In this document: in pieces, positions 8,601 through 18,470 of the stretch
How positions within the stretch are numbered: the first letter of the stretch is position 1
Layout: each line of letters opens with the position of its first letter
Assembly (NCBI GenBank): GCA_902578515.1
Contig: CACHDH010000001.1
Span: 1 to 43,276 of the forward strand
Direction of reading: 5' to 3'
From: an uncultured marine group I thaumarchaeote
GTDB taxonomy: Archaea; Thermoproteota; Nitrososphaeria; Nitrososphaerales; Nitrosopumilaceae
Length of the DNA: 43,276 nt
The notes under the pieces: generated by a model
Told to the model about the DNA's origin: nothing
Databases searched by the model: none
What the model saw: only the letters and a program-made list of their open reading frames with translations
Made by a program: the position numbers and the translations under genes

Positions 8601-10247
8601 TTATCTTGTTTCGTCTGGGCAGAAAATTACTTCAGAACTTGATATTGCTTCATCTGACATCAAATAGTTAATCGTATTCATAATATTCTCATCACTGGAT
8701 TCTTTTCCATCAACAGTTCCTGGTAGAATCAAGAATACTCTAATGTTTGATTTCAATACGTCACTCAATTCTTGATTAACAGTAGTAGCAAATGGTCTAA
8801 GTGCGCCTCGGAAAACTTCAACTTTTGCTCTTTCATGTCCGCTGATTTTTTTACCAGCTGGAAGGTCAGGCCCAATAATCACAATTCTTCCTTTCGCATC
8901 TTTGAATTTTCTTGGGTCAGTTGATCCTTCAATTACTAACTCATCAAGAGCATTTTGTGCGAACCCTGCAGTAGAATCGATGAATCTGTCAACTAACTTG
9001 TCCCACTCAGCTCTGGATAGTTCAGTTAATTTAGAAAAATTAGGAATATTTCCTGTAAAATGAATATACATCAGCAAATTATCCCTCGCATCAACACTAT
9101 CAGCACTTTGTCCACCCATCTCTTTTATCATTGATGAAATACGGTCACTTCGTTCCTGCTCAGCGGTGGATAGATGATGATTAGGCATAACGTAAACATT
9201 TTTTCCATTCAAATTATTTTTCTCAGATTTAGGAACGGATGCTCTAATGTGTGACTTGACAGGATAGAAAACTCTGTCACCAGGAATTATTTTTCCATTG
9301 AGGATTTTTGCCTGTGCATCATCTGCAAGTGTTAGAACTGTCGTGGCAACCTGTTCTTGCGATAAAAATTGCTGATCTGGAATCATTGTTGAGGTGTTCT
9401 TTTGAATTTTTTCTGCAATGCCTTTTACTTTATCCAGTAAATTGGTAAGTGTAGTTTCCGACTTGCCTAACTTTTCTGCAGCAGATTTTATTCCAGACTT
9501 TATGGTTTCTTCATCTTCCCCTAACAATCCTACAATCTCATTATTTGCAGCTTCAACTTCACTCGGTGATAGGTCTTCAAAACCACTTACACGTAGGAAT
9601 TCTGATGCAGCCTTTGGATAAACTGTCTTGTAAATTCTGTCTGAATGGACTGGACCAGGGTTAGTTCCGATTGATATGATCCCCTTTTCCGTAAGTTCCC
9701 ACGACATTGCCTCTACGAGTCTATTTTTTGCACCTTGGGATGCAGTATATGGACCTCTGAATCTGTACGGTCGTTGTTCTAACGGTCTTTCTTCTGCAAA
9801 AAATGTTGAAATTGTAATAATTTTTGCTCCTTCCTTCATAACTTTTAGTGCCTGAACTGAAGTCCAAAATGTTCCAGTCAGATGAATGTCTACAGTACTT
9901 CTGAACTGATCAAGTGGCGCATGAGCAAAACATGTTACAGGACCAGAAACTCCAGCATTGTTTACAACCACATCCAGATTCACATTTTCACTTTTTAATG
10001 CATCAAACATTCCAGTGACAGCCTTTTCGTCACTGACATCTACTCCGTCAAAAATTTTGATAGTCGCATTGCTTTGTTTTTCTTTGATAATTCCTTCTAG
10101 CATTTTTGCTGTTTCTTCCAATGGCTCCTTCCTTCTTCCTAGAATTATGGCACTTGCACCATTTTCCACAAATTTCTTCGTAATTGCCTGCCCAATTCCA
10201 GTACCACTTCCGGTAACTAGCACAGTTTTATTTTGAAACTTTAGCAT
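8601..10247 (-). CDS. Two-domain SDR-family oxidoreductase (resembles N-terminal part of malonyl-CoA reductase)
   Basis: TGSGTGIG, VVNNAG, ISTFF, YTASQ (in place of YxxxK), PGPVHSDRI; degenerate second Rossmann domain. Confidence 0.85.
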   Translation of the reverse strand: MLKFQNKTVLVTGSGTGIGQAITKKFVENGASAIILGRRKEPLEETAKMLEGIIKEKQSNATIKIFDGVDVSDEKAVTGMFDALKSENVNLDVVVNNAGVSGPVTCFAHAPLDQFRSTVDIHLTGTFWTSVQALKVMKEGAKIITISTFFAEERPLEQRPYRFRGPYTASQGAKNRLVEAMSWELTEKGIISIGTNPGPVHSDRIYKTVYPKAASEFLRVSGFEDLSPSEVEAANNEIVGLLGEDEETIKSGIKSAAEKLGKSETTLTNLLDKVKGIAEKIQKNTSTMIPDQQFLSQEQVATTVLTLADDAQAKILNGKIIPGDRVFYPVKSHIRASVPKSEKNNLNGKNVYVMPNHHLSTAEQERSDRISSMIKEMGGQSADSVDARDNLLMYIHFTGNIPNFSKLTELSRAEWDKLVDRFIDSTAGFAQNALDELVIEGSTDPRKFKDAKGRIVIIGPDLPAGKKISGHERAKVEVFRGALRPFATTVNQELSDVLKSNIRVFLILPGTVDGKESSDENIMNTINYLMSDEAISSSEVIFCPDETR

Positions 10248-10344
10248 GAGATCAAAAATTAGTTCCTCACGTATTTATTTTATTGCTAATCACTAATCCA
10301 GAACGACAAGAAATGTTAAATTATGTGCCAAAATCACATACGCC

Positions 10345-10581
10345 ATGGAAGATTCTGAACCTGAAACTATTGTACTAAAAAATTGGCCTGAAAAGTTTTC
10401 TGATATGTTAAGCATGATTGGTGTTAATTCAACTCCTAACAAGATTGGAGAAGGAGAGTCTGAGAAAGGAGATTACTATAGTAGATGTTTCTCTCAAACT
10501 ACAAGAATGATTACAAATAAGGGTTCATTGAAAGTTTCTGGCACAAACATAGATTCGGTGCAGATAATACAGAAGGGATAA
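10345..10581 (+). CDS. Hypothetical protein (78 aa)
   Basis: ATG ORF; stop overlaps next start (TAATG). Confidence 0.75.
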   Translation: MEDSEPETIVLKNWPEKFSDMLSMIGVNSTPNKIGEGESEKGDYYSRCFSQTTRMITNKGSLKVSGTNIDSVQIIQKG

Positions 10582-10991
10582 TGATGCAAGATTCAAATCC
10601 ACTTCCATGGGGCGCTCAGGATAGATTTCAAGCGCATTTTATTGTGCAGCAATTTCCTGATAAGGAGTTATCATCAGGTAAAGAATCGGAGTCATGGCGT
10701 CTACGACGTGTTGCAAGAACAAAACTCAAAACCACTGGGCACTTTGGTTCAAAAAAAGTAGTTAGTGTTACGTGGGAAGGGGGAAAACTTGCCGAAGAAC
10801 TAAACACTGATTCATCGTTAAACGAAATAATTGCAGGTCAATCAGTTGATGACGCAACAATTTTTGTTGATCCTTCGAATAATGGAATACGCATTTACGG
10901 AAAATGGAAAAATAGTCATGATTTTGGCATCACAAAAGAATTGTTTGATATTTATGATAATATTGCAGGCTACATAAAAAAAATTAATTAG
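10581..10991 (+). CDS. Hypothetical protein (136 aa)
   Basis: ATG ORF coupled to upstream ORF; start may be 10584. Confidence 0.8.
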   Translation: MMQDSNPLPWGAQDRFQAHFIVQQFPDKELSSGKESESWRLRRVARTKLKTTGHFGSKKVVSVTWEGGKLAEELNTDSSLNEIIAGQSVDDATIFVDPSNNGIRIYGKWKNSHDFGITKELFDIYDNIAGYIKKIN

Positions 10992-11523
10992 CTCTCCACC
11001 AATCTAGCGATAAATAATCAATTTTGGATTTACTACGTGGTATAGCTAGAATGAATTGTTTCTTAACACTGCTAGCTAATCTACCTGCTAACACCACAGC
11101 AGTAGAAGAAATGTCATCTGTTTTGTTGTAAACCTGCACTAAAAACGGTGCATGATCAATTCCTGGACCTCTTTCATACACTGCAAAATCACAACCAAAT
11201 TTTATTCCTGGATTTATGACATAACCCTTTTCTCGAAAATCTTTGTACACTTGATATTTCTTATCGAAATTATGATATTCCTTCCTGCATAATCTAATAA
11301 GTGCACTCAAAGACACTCTCTTTCCATCCTTAGTGATCTTAATTTTTGAAACTTCTTGTAGATAACATCCTTCAATGAGATCTAAAATCAATGGAACATT
11401 GATCTCATCTACATTTGGTTTTGGAATACCGATTGGTTTACCAAAATAACCATTAGCAAAAATATTTCTAGATTCTTGTATATTCCAAACAACTATTCTA
11501 TTTTCTAATAATTCGCCTTTCAA
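10984..11523 (-). CDS. endA: tRNA-splicing (intron) endonuclease, catalytic subunit
   Basis: VYKDFREKGY..PGIKFGCDFAVYERGPGIDHAPF, RLASSVKK (catalytic Y/H/K). Confidence 0.95.
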   Translation of the reverse strand: MKGELLENRIVVWNIQESRNIFANGYFGKPIGIPKPNVDEINVPLILDLIEGCYLQEVSKIKITKDGKRVSLSALIRLCRKEYHNFDKKYQVYKDFREKGYVINPGIKFGCDFAVYERGPGIDHAPFLVQVYNKTDDISSTAVVLAGRLASSVKKQFILAIPRSKSKIDYLSLDWWRAN

Positions 11524-11524
11524 A

Positions 11525-12178
11525 TCAAAGACTTAATGCTAACAAGATGAATGAATCAGAAACTTCCTGACATTTGTCCGCCATCTCCTCTATCGATTCA
11601 ATAACATCTTTCATCAAGAGCAATTCCTTTGTGTCAGAAATTTCATTTAGTGCAGTAATTGACATCATACGATATTTTGTATCTATATCACGTTCAATTT
11701 TTTGTGTTTCCTGTGCAAGTTCAATAGCCTTACCAGCATCAACATTTAGGCTTCTAATAATTTCATTTAATTTATAAATTTCGTCAACAACAAGCTCAAT
11801 CAATTCTGTTAAATCCTTATCCAATTGTGAAGTTTTAATTGTTGTAGATTTCATATTCGAAAGCTTGAAAGAAATACCAGTTATGTAACCGCCAATTTCA
11901 TCCATTGTGTAAGCTGTGTTAAGAATATTATCTCTGTTTAGAATTAAACCGCCAACATCCGCTACATCTCTTGTTATTTTGCGTCTGAGATTTTCTACTT
12001 CTTCTTCTATACTAGAAATTTGTTCAAGGGCAGACTTAATTCCAGTCTTATCTTTACTTACCATCATTTTTGGCAGAGTCGAAAGGACTCGACTTGCATT
12101 AAGAATTCTGTTTATCTCATCCTGTAATACGGCTAATGCCTTTCTTTTTGCTTGAACCTCTAATTCCCCGCTATACAT
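11525..12178 (-). CDS. DUF47/PhoU-like phosphate transport regulator
   Basis: Two helical-bundle repeats: IEEEVENLRR..NRDNIL..DEI and IERDID..IEEMADKC. Confidence 0.85.
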   Translation of the reverse strand: MYSGELEVQAKRKALAVLQDEINRILNASRVLSTLPKMMVSKDKTGIKSALEQISSIEEEVENLRRKITRDVADVGGLILNRDNILNTAYTMDEIGGYITGISFKLSNMKSTTIKTSQLDKDLTELIELVVDEIYKLNEIIRSLNVDAGKAIELAQETQKIERDIDTKYRMMSITALNEISDTKELLLMKDVIESIEEMADKCQEVSDSFILLALSL

Positions 12179-12237
12179 AATTGATAACTAATTACAATCG
12201 TTTTTCTAATTTATATCATACTTTCATTAGGCATGGT

Positions 12238-13995
12238 TCATTTTTCTTGATTGATTTTAGTTTGTCTATTATACAGTGTTAAAACTTCCTCACCTGTAGA
12301 AGAGTCCTCCACTGCTTTTTCATATCTAATTTTTCCTGTAAATTTTGGAAATCTTAAAGCAAATCCACTACCTTTTCTAATTAAATTCAATCCAGTTTTA
12401 TGGATTGGACTTAGAGTTATTTCTGATGCAACAATTTCTAAAACTAATTCGGGATCAAACCAAACATCAGCTTCCATTTCACTCACAACCCTAGAATTTT
12501 TTTTAATTGTTACTTTATTAGAAAGCATTTGGTATAATTGGTCCAAACTTTCATCAGTAAATCCTGTACCAACTTTACATATACTTGGGAAGTTATCTTC
12601 TTCTGGATTATAACTAGCCAACAATAATGTCCCATATAGTCCAGTTCTTCGTCCTTTACCAAAGTATGCACCTATAACAACCAAATCAAGACTATCTCCC
12701 AATTCATTTCTATATTCACGTTTTAGTTTTAGCCAGTTACTACCACGAGTACCAGCGCGGTACGGTGAATCAAGAGTTTTTAGCATAAGCCCCTCACATC
12801 CCGCATTAATGGAATTTTCTAGAAAGTCTTCAACCTCATTCTCATTTTTAACAAGTAGCGTTGGTACAAGCTTGGCAAAATTATTTTCATCAACTAATCT
12901 TTCTAAAATTTTCCTTCTTTCGGAATACGGTGAATCCAAACAATCATTTTTGTCATAATATAAGACATCAAAAAAATTAACCGTGATTGGATATTGTGAT
13001 ACTGCTTCATCTAATTTGTGTTTACGCCTTCTATGCATTAACTCTTGAAATGGTAAAAATTCCCCTGTGTTTTCATTGATTGGAACTATCTCTGCCTCAA
13101 ATACACCATTATCAGTTTTAAGTAATTTTCCAATATTGTCGACAATATCTGGGTAGTATTGTGTAATATTTTCTAGACTACGTGAAAATAAAATTATGTC
13201 ATCATTCTTCTTATGTATTTGTACACGTTCTCCATCTAGTTTGTATTCTGCAGCAAATTGTTCAGGCATTTTCTTGATCACATCCTTTTCACTCTGAATT
13301 CGATCAGCTAACATTGGTCTCACTGGACTAAATAGTGATATTTTAAATTTTTTTATTTCATCGATTCCATCTGTTGCAACTATTAACGATACTTTACCTA
13401 AATCACTTGAAACGTTATACGCATTTTCAATATGCTCTCTATTTTCTTTTTTCCCAGTAAATGCAATAGCCAGTGCATCCATTACTGTGTTTTCTGCTAT
13501 TCCTAAACGTAACGTACCTAGTAAAATCTTCAACACAAATTTTCCCTCTAATGGAGTTGCATCATTCAATAAACTTGAAATATATTTCATTTTCAAATCT
13601 TGTGAACCCTTGCCTTCTAACTTTGAGATTTTAAATAATGTGTCATAAACTCTTTCTACAGTAATTTTTTCTGTCGTAAATGTGGTTTGAGTTTTTAATT
13701 TTATCATATTTGATGCTGTTATACCAAGATCACCACCCTCCTCATAATCATCCTCAATTTTTTTAACTGGAAGTCCAACTGATTTTGAAATAGCACGTAT
13801 TGCAAGCTTTTCAGCAATTCCTAATTCGACACCCTCAAAATTTGGCCTAATAATTCCCTGAATTAAATAAACAACATTCGGAATTAATTTTTTAGGTGTT
13901 TTTTCTAATAATTCAACTAGTATATTTGTGAGTTCTATTCGTTTTGTTGTCTTTTCCATCTTCTCAAAGATTTCAGATATTACCGAGAATTCCAT
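12238..13995 (-). CDS. lig: ATP-dependent DNA ligase
   Basis: Motif I EYKLDGER.Q.H, EGLMLK, WLKLK, DLVVIGAYFG.GRR, ALRFPKF. Confidence 0.98.
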   Translation of the reverse strand: MEFSVISEIFEKMEKTTKRIELTNILVELLEKTPKKLIPNVVYLIQGIIRPNFEGVELGIAEKLAIRAISKSVGLPVKKIEDDYEEGGDLGITASNMIKLKTQTTFTTEKITVERVYDTLFKISKLEGKGSQDLKMKYISSLLNDATPLEGKFVLKILLGTLRLGIAENTVMDALAIAFTGKKENREHIENAYNVSSDLGKVSLIVATDGIDEIKKFKISLFSPVRPMLADRIQSEKDVIKKMPEQFAAEYKLDGERVQIHKKNDDIILFSRSLENITQYYPDIVDNIGKLLKTDNGVFEAEIVPINENTGEFLPFQELMHRRRKHKLDEAVSQYPITVNFFDVLYYDKNDCLDSPYSERRKILERLVDENNFAKLVPTLLVKNENEVEDFLENSINAGCEGLMLKTLDSPYRAGTRGSNWLKLKREYRNELGDSLDLVVIGAYFGKGRRTGLYGTLLLASYNPEEDNFPSICKVGTGFTDESLDQLYQMLSNKVTIKKNSRVVSEMEADVWFDPELVLEIVASEITLSPIHKTGLNLIRKGSGFALRFPKFTGKIRYEKAVEDSSTGEEVLTLYNRQTKINQEK

Positions 13996-14072
13996 TAGAT
14001 TTTTTTTGTAGATTCAAGTAATAAATTTGAGCCTGAGCTTATACTGGTTTGTATGTGTGGTAAATTGGTTTA

Positions 14073-14483
14073 TTAGATATATTTGAAAATTATTTTTTTT
14101 GGAGAGTTTTTTTGTTTTGTTACCATCGCAAAATTGTACAGTGGGTATGATTTTTTATAAAATTTCATGAAACTCCATGCCACGTCATGATTTTTAAATT
14201 CAGTCCTTAATCCATCCATGGATGATTCTTTTCCAAATATATCAAAAATGATAATCTGATACTGTTTTGGTATTTTATGTGGTCTCGCTTTCAGCAACCA
14301 TGCAAATGCAAATAAAAATACAATTCCAAGAACCAATGTTTCACCTGTCATTTTAAAAAATGACCATATTATATCACGAACAGTTTGACTAAATAGTACA
14401 AAAACAAAATTTGAGAAAGCAATTACTGATATGTATGTAATAGCAAGTGGTTTTAGATTATTAGTAAAATTAGATATTTTCAT
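14073..14483 (-). CDS. Hypothetical membrane protein
   Basis: Two N-terminal hydrophobic segments followed by a soluble tail. Confidence 0.75.
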   Translation of the reverse strand: MKISNFTNNLKPLAITYISVIAFSNFVFVLFSQTVRDIIWSFFKMTGETLVLGIVFLFAFAWLLKARPHKIPKQYQIIIFDIFGKESSMDGLRTEFKNHDVAWSFMKFYKKSYPLYNFAMVTKQKNSPKKIIFKYI

Positions 14484-14526
14484 GTACTATTATTTTTTTA
14501 GGTAGTTTAAAACTTTTTTAATTTCT

Positions 14527-15663
14527 TTAATCTGGATCTTCGTAAGATTCTTTTCTTTGTTCATTTTGTGGTTGTTCTTCCATTGGTCTCATTTTACTGT
14601 GTAGTACGCTCATTATAGATTTGTATCCTTCTGCATATTCTAATTCAGATGGTACAAGTGTTGCTGGATGAATAAATCCTTGGCTTCTCATTGCTAATGC
14701 TTTCTTTGTAGCAATTTCACGAATATGATCCCAATCTGGAGTTGAAAATCCATCGAATGGACCTGTTAATTTACCATCATGCATGCTGAAAACTAACGCT
14801 TCAACAATAGGTATACAGAAGTTGATTGATGCAGCTGAGTTGATCTTAACTGGCATTAATGGCATATTGTGACTTCCACGTGTATTTCCAGCTACATAGT
14901 GTGGATTACTAAATACACTACCTGCTTCTTCAGTAGCTGGAAAGTTTTTTTGTGTTCTAACAACACAAATGGGATCATCTTTACCAACATATGTACCAGC
15001 TATATTATGAAGTCTATCAGTTGATGCATCTAGTATCGGTTCACCATCTTTTGTATAAACTGAATCAACGACAAAACGACCCGGGTACATCAACGCAGCT
15101 TCTATTATTGGTTTGTCTTCCCATAATGATAAATTTGCAATCTTACCTTCCTCTACGTCCATGATGTTTATGTTGACACCCTTAGCAAGTGATTTGTTAA
15201 CTATTAGTCCTGTGTTACTTAGTGCATCAACAAATAGTTTATAGATCGGATAATTGAATGCCCCAGGTTCAGTTTTATCTGCTGCAAATACTGTAAACAC
15301 TTCATTTGGTCTTTCATCGAATTCCATTTCTGCCACGCCAGGCCCCATTCCTTTTATGTTGCCTGAAAAAGAATCCTTTAGCAGGTCTTGGCCTGCACCG
15401 TATAGCCCTTCTTCTTTAGCAACTTTTGTACCAGCCATAAATGCATCCCACGCAAGTTGATGAATTTCTTTATTGTCTGTGCCTTTAGTATGGGTCATAA
15501 CAATATGCGAATCGTCACCGCAATATCCGATGTAATGATCAATCAACAGATTTCCAGCATCTTTCACAGTCTTTCTTACAGCATTAAGAAGTCCATCACT
15601 TGGTAATGTATGACCCCCTATTCCACCTACATCAGCCTTAATCACTGATACAGTTATTTTCAT
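14527..15663 (-). CDS. fbp: Bifunctional fructose-1,6-bisphosphate aldolase/phosphatase (class V)
   Basis: SVIKADVGGIGGH, GLYGAGQDLL, DKTEPGAFN, IAGTYVGKDDP, RGSH. Confidence 0.97.
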   Translation of the reverse strand: MKITVSVIKADVGGIGGHTLPSDGLLNAVRKTVKDAGNLLIDHYIGYCGDDSHIVMTHTKGTDNKEIHQLAWDAFMAGTKVAKEEGLYGAGQDLLKDSFSGNIKGMGPGVAEMEFDERPNEVFTVFAADKTEPGAFNYPIYKLFVDALSNTGLIVNKSLAKGVNINIMDVEEGKIANLSLWEDKPIIEAALMYPGRFVVDSVYTKDGEPILDASTDRLHNIAGTYVGKDDPICVVRTQKNFPATEEAGSVFSNPHYVAGNTRGSHNMPLMPVKINSAASINFCIPIVEALVFSMHDGKLTGPFDGFSTPDWDHIREIATKKALAMRSQGFIHPATLVPSELEYAEGYKSIMSVLHSKMRPMEEQPQNEQRKESYEDPD

Positions 15664-15795
15664 GAATTTTGTATTTGAAACTTTGATTTATAGTATATGA
15701 AATTTGATCATTTCAAAGCTGAAAACACGTAAAATTGGATAAACGTTCGTCGAAAAACGAAATGGTAATAAAGCCCATTTCACTTTGAGTTCGAT

Positions 15796-17094
15796 ATGGC
15801 AGACAAAGACCACATGAATATGATCATTACTGGTCATATTGATAATGGTAAATCAACAACTATGGGTCACTTTTTGTTGGATCTAGGTGTTGTTGATGAA
15901 AGAACAATTGCTGCACATGCTAAAGAATCAGAAGAAACAGGAAAAGGTGATTCTTTCAAATATGCCTGGGTTATGGATAACATTAAAGATGAAAGAGCTA
16001 GAGGAATTACAATCGACTTAGCTTTTCAAAAATTTGAGACTCCAAAGTTTTTCTTTACATTAATTGATGCACCTGGTCATAGAGACTTTATTAAAAATAT
16101 GATTACTGGTGCATCTGAGGCTGATGCAGCAGTTTTAGTACTTTCTGCTAAAGAAGGAGAAACAGATACAGCAATTGCACCTGGTGGTCAAGCTAGAGAA
16201 CACGCATTCTTACTAAAAACATTAGGAGTAAAACAACTTATTGTGGCTATCAACAAAATGGATGACAGCAAATTTTCTGAGGATGCTTTTAATGCTGCAA
16301 AAGGAAAAGGTGAACAGCTTGTCAAATCAGTCGGTTACAAAGTTGAAGAAGTACCATTCGTTCCAGTCTCTGGTTGGACTGGTGATAATCTTGTTAAAAA
16401 ATCTGAAAACATGCCATGGTATAAGGGTAAAACTCTTTTGGAAACATTTGATGACCTTAAGGTACCTGAGAAGCCAACAGGTAAACCACTACGTTTACCA
16501 ATTCAGGATGTTTATTCTATTACTGGTGTTGGTACTGTCCCGGTTGGACGTGTTGAAACAGGAATAATGAAACCAAATGATAAAATTATTGTTATGCCAT
16601 CTGGCGCTACTGGAGAAATAAAGTCAATTGAAACACACCACACAGAAATGCCATCAGCATCAGCTGGTGATAATATTGGTTTCAACTTGAGGGGAATCGA
16701 GAAAAAAGATATCAAACGTGGTGATGTACTTGGTACACCTGATAGTCCACCTAATGTTGCTAAAGAATTTAGAGCGCAGATAATTGTGATTCATCATCCA
16801 ACAGCACTTGCTCCTGGTTATACACCAGTTATGCACTGTCATACTGCACAAGTTGCAGCAACAATTACAGAATTTGAAGCTAAAATTAATCCTGCAACAG
16901 GTGCAACCGAAGAGGAAAATCCAAAATTCCTTAAGGTTGGCGATTCTGCAATTGTTAAAATTACACCAGTTAGACCAACGTGCATTGAAACATTCCAAGA
17001 GTTCCCAGAAATGGGACGATTTGCATTACGAGATATGGGTGCAACAATCGCTGCTGGTGTTGTTAAAGAAATTACTCAAAAACATACAGCATGA
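15796..17094 (+). CDS. tuf: Translation elongation factor 1-alpha
   Basis: GHIDNGKST, RGITID, DAPGHRDF, NKMD, GRFALRDMG. Confidence 0.99.
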   Translation: MADKDHMNMIITGHIDNGKSTTMGHFLLDLGVVDERTIAAHAKESEETGKGDSFKYAWVMDNIKDERARGITIDLAFQKFETPKFFFTLIDAPGHRDFIKNMITGASEADAAVLVLSAKEGETDTAIAPGGQAREHAFLLKTLGVKQLIVAINKMDDSKFSEDAFNAAKGKGEQLVKSVGYKVEEVPFVPVSGWTGDNLVKKSENMPWYKGKTLLETFDDLKVPEKPTGKPLRLPIQDVYSITGVGTVPVGRVETGIMKPNDKIIVMPSGATGEIKSIETHHTEMPSASAGDNIGFNLRGIEKKDIKRGDVLGTPDSPPNVAKEFRAQIIVIHHPTALAPGYTPVMHCHTAQVAATITEFEAKINPATGATEEENPKFLKVGDSAIVKITPVRPTCIETFQEFPEMGRFALRDMGATIAAGVVKEITQKHTA

Positions 17095-17103
17095 GTCTAT
17101 GAT

Positions 17104-17412
17104 ATGACTCAACCAGCCCGTGTTAAACTTACTAGTATTAGTTTACCAAAATTAGGTCAGGTATGTGATGAGATTATGGGAATAGGAAAAAAAACTGGTG
17201 TTAAAGTAAAAGGTCCGATTCCACTTCCTGTAAAGCGATTAAACGTTGTAACTAGAAAATCACCATGCGGCAATGGTACTGAAACTTATGAAAAATGGGA
17301 AATGAAAATGCATAGAAGAATTATTGATATAAACGCAGATGATAAAGCAATAAGACAACTCATGCGATTGAAGATTCCTGATAACGTATACATAGAATTA
17401 TCTCTCACGTGA
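17104..17412 (+). CDS. rpsJ: 30S ribosomal protein S10 (uS10)
   Basis: VKGPIPLP, RKSPCGNG, WEMKMHRRIID; follows tuf. Confidence 0.98.
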   Translation: MTQPARVKLTSISLPKLGQVCDEIMGIGKKTGVKVKGPIPLPVKRLNVVTRKSPCGNGTETYEKWEMKMHRRIIDINADDKAIRQLMRLKIPDNVYIELSLT

Positions 17413-17416
17413 TATT

Positions 17417-17629
17417 ATGGTTGACGAATCTAATAGTGAGATGAATGATGCTGAATTTACAGATGATACTGCAAAACCAGAGTTCGATGTTATTTACTCA
17501 TGTTTACGTTGTAACACAAAAGTTAGTAATTCTGAATTGAGCAGACTTCCTGAAATAAAATGTATTTGTGGATTCAGGGTCTTCACCAAGGTAAGACCAC
17601 CAATTGCTAAAACTGTAAAAGCAATCTGA
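17417..17629 (+). CDS. rpoP: RNA polymerase subunit Rpo12 (P)
   Basis: YSCLRC...IKCICGFRVFTKVRPP..KTVKAI zinc-ribbon signature. Confidence 0.88.
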   Translation: MVDESNSEMNDAEFTDDTAKPEFDVIYSCLRCNTKVSNSELSRLPEIKCICGFRVFTKVRPPIAKTVKAI

Positions 17630-17827
17630 CTATCTATCAATTTTGTATGAGTGTTTTCTCTTTAGATGGTCACGCATTTCTGACATACTATTGAAATTCT
17701 CATTACATTCCTTACAATCATATGGTGAATCTTTGAAATGCTCTAATTCCTGGTGATTCATGAGATCCTCATGATGTGAGAATTTTTTTTTGCATAACTC
17801 ACATTGAAATTTTTTGAAGAATATCAT
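17630..17827 (-). CDS. Double C2H2 zinc-finger protein
   Basis: FQCELCKKKF...L.NHQELEH and YDCKECNENF...MRDHLKRKH. Confidence 0.85.
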   Translation of the reverse strand: MIFFKKFQCELCKKKFSHHEDLMNHQELEHFKDSPYDCKECNENFNSMSEMRDHLKRKHSYKIDR

Positions 17828-18246
17828 TTTTTATCCAATTGAGCCTTTTGTTCATCCCAACAATTTTTGCATAACTGTCCTTTGATTTTCCAGTGATTCT
17901 TTGGATTGTATCTAATGAAACCAAGTTTGTTACCACAAATACCACAGAAATCCCTCTTTTTGTTAAACTCTAATTCTTTCTCGTCAAAGCATTTTTTACA
18001 AAGCAATCCTTCCATATCCCATTGCAGTCTTGGTTCCCACAAGTCGGTAACTTTACTTTTAACTCCACATGTCATGCATTTTTTTATTAATGTTGCATCA
18101 TAATGTTCCTGCATTTTATCTAAATGACAATCACTGCAAAGTGGTGATTTTACGCCATACCACTCTCTTTTTGCTTTATATTTATGAGCAGTGATTTGCT
18201 TATTGCAGATTGTACAATATGCTGGTTTTCTACTAAATAATCCCAT
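17824..18246 (-). CDS. Protein with three tandem Cys4 zinc-binding repeats
   Basis: Three CxxC-x(14-15)-W-x(5-6)-LCxxC units; stop overlaps downstream start. Confidence 0.85.
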   Translation of the reverse strand: MGLFSRKPAYCTICNKQITAHKYKAKREWYGVKSPLCSDCHLDKMQEHYDATLIKKCMTCGVKSKVTDLWEPRLQWDMEGLLCKKCFDEKELEFNKKRDFCGICGNKLGFIRYNPKNHWKIKGQLCKNCWDEQKAQLDKK

Positions 18247-18270
18247 TACGATTATAATTTTTTAAAAATA

Positions 18271-18283
18271 TAATATCCTTTGC
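18271..18283 (-). promoter_or_regulatory. Putative BRE/TATA promoter element GCAAAGGATATTA (copy 1)
   Basis: About 25 nt upstream of ATG 18246; identical copy at 18471-18483. Confidence 0.55.
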
Positions 18284-18322
18284 AGTGAATTTAATCATAG
18301 AATTGATTATAAGAGATTATGA

Positions 18323-18448
18323 TTAGATTTCTTCTAGGATTTTTTCTACTGCTTGACTAGCATTTATCATGCCACGTTTTTTTGCATATCTTTCGATCAT
18401 TTTGTATTGTTCGGAATCACAACAAACTGGCATAGTTCTTTTTGTCAT
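18323..18448 (-). CDS. 41-aa ribbon-helix-helix-like microprotein MTKRTMPVCCDSEQYKMIERYAKKRGMINASQAVEKILEEI
   Basis: Read manually; RHH/CopG pattern; promoter-like motif about 23 nt upstream. Confidence 0.75.
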   Translation of the reverse strand: MTKRTMPVCCDSEQYKMIERYAKKRGMINASQAVEKILEEI

Positions 18449-18470
18449 ACTGTAGACTATTTTTTTTAAT

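Noticed and set aside
15832-15860. EF-1alpha P-loop GHIDNGKS rather than GHVDHGKS
   Set aside because: Still fits GxxxxGKS; treated as ordinary lineage variation
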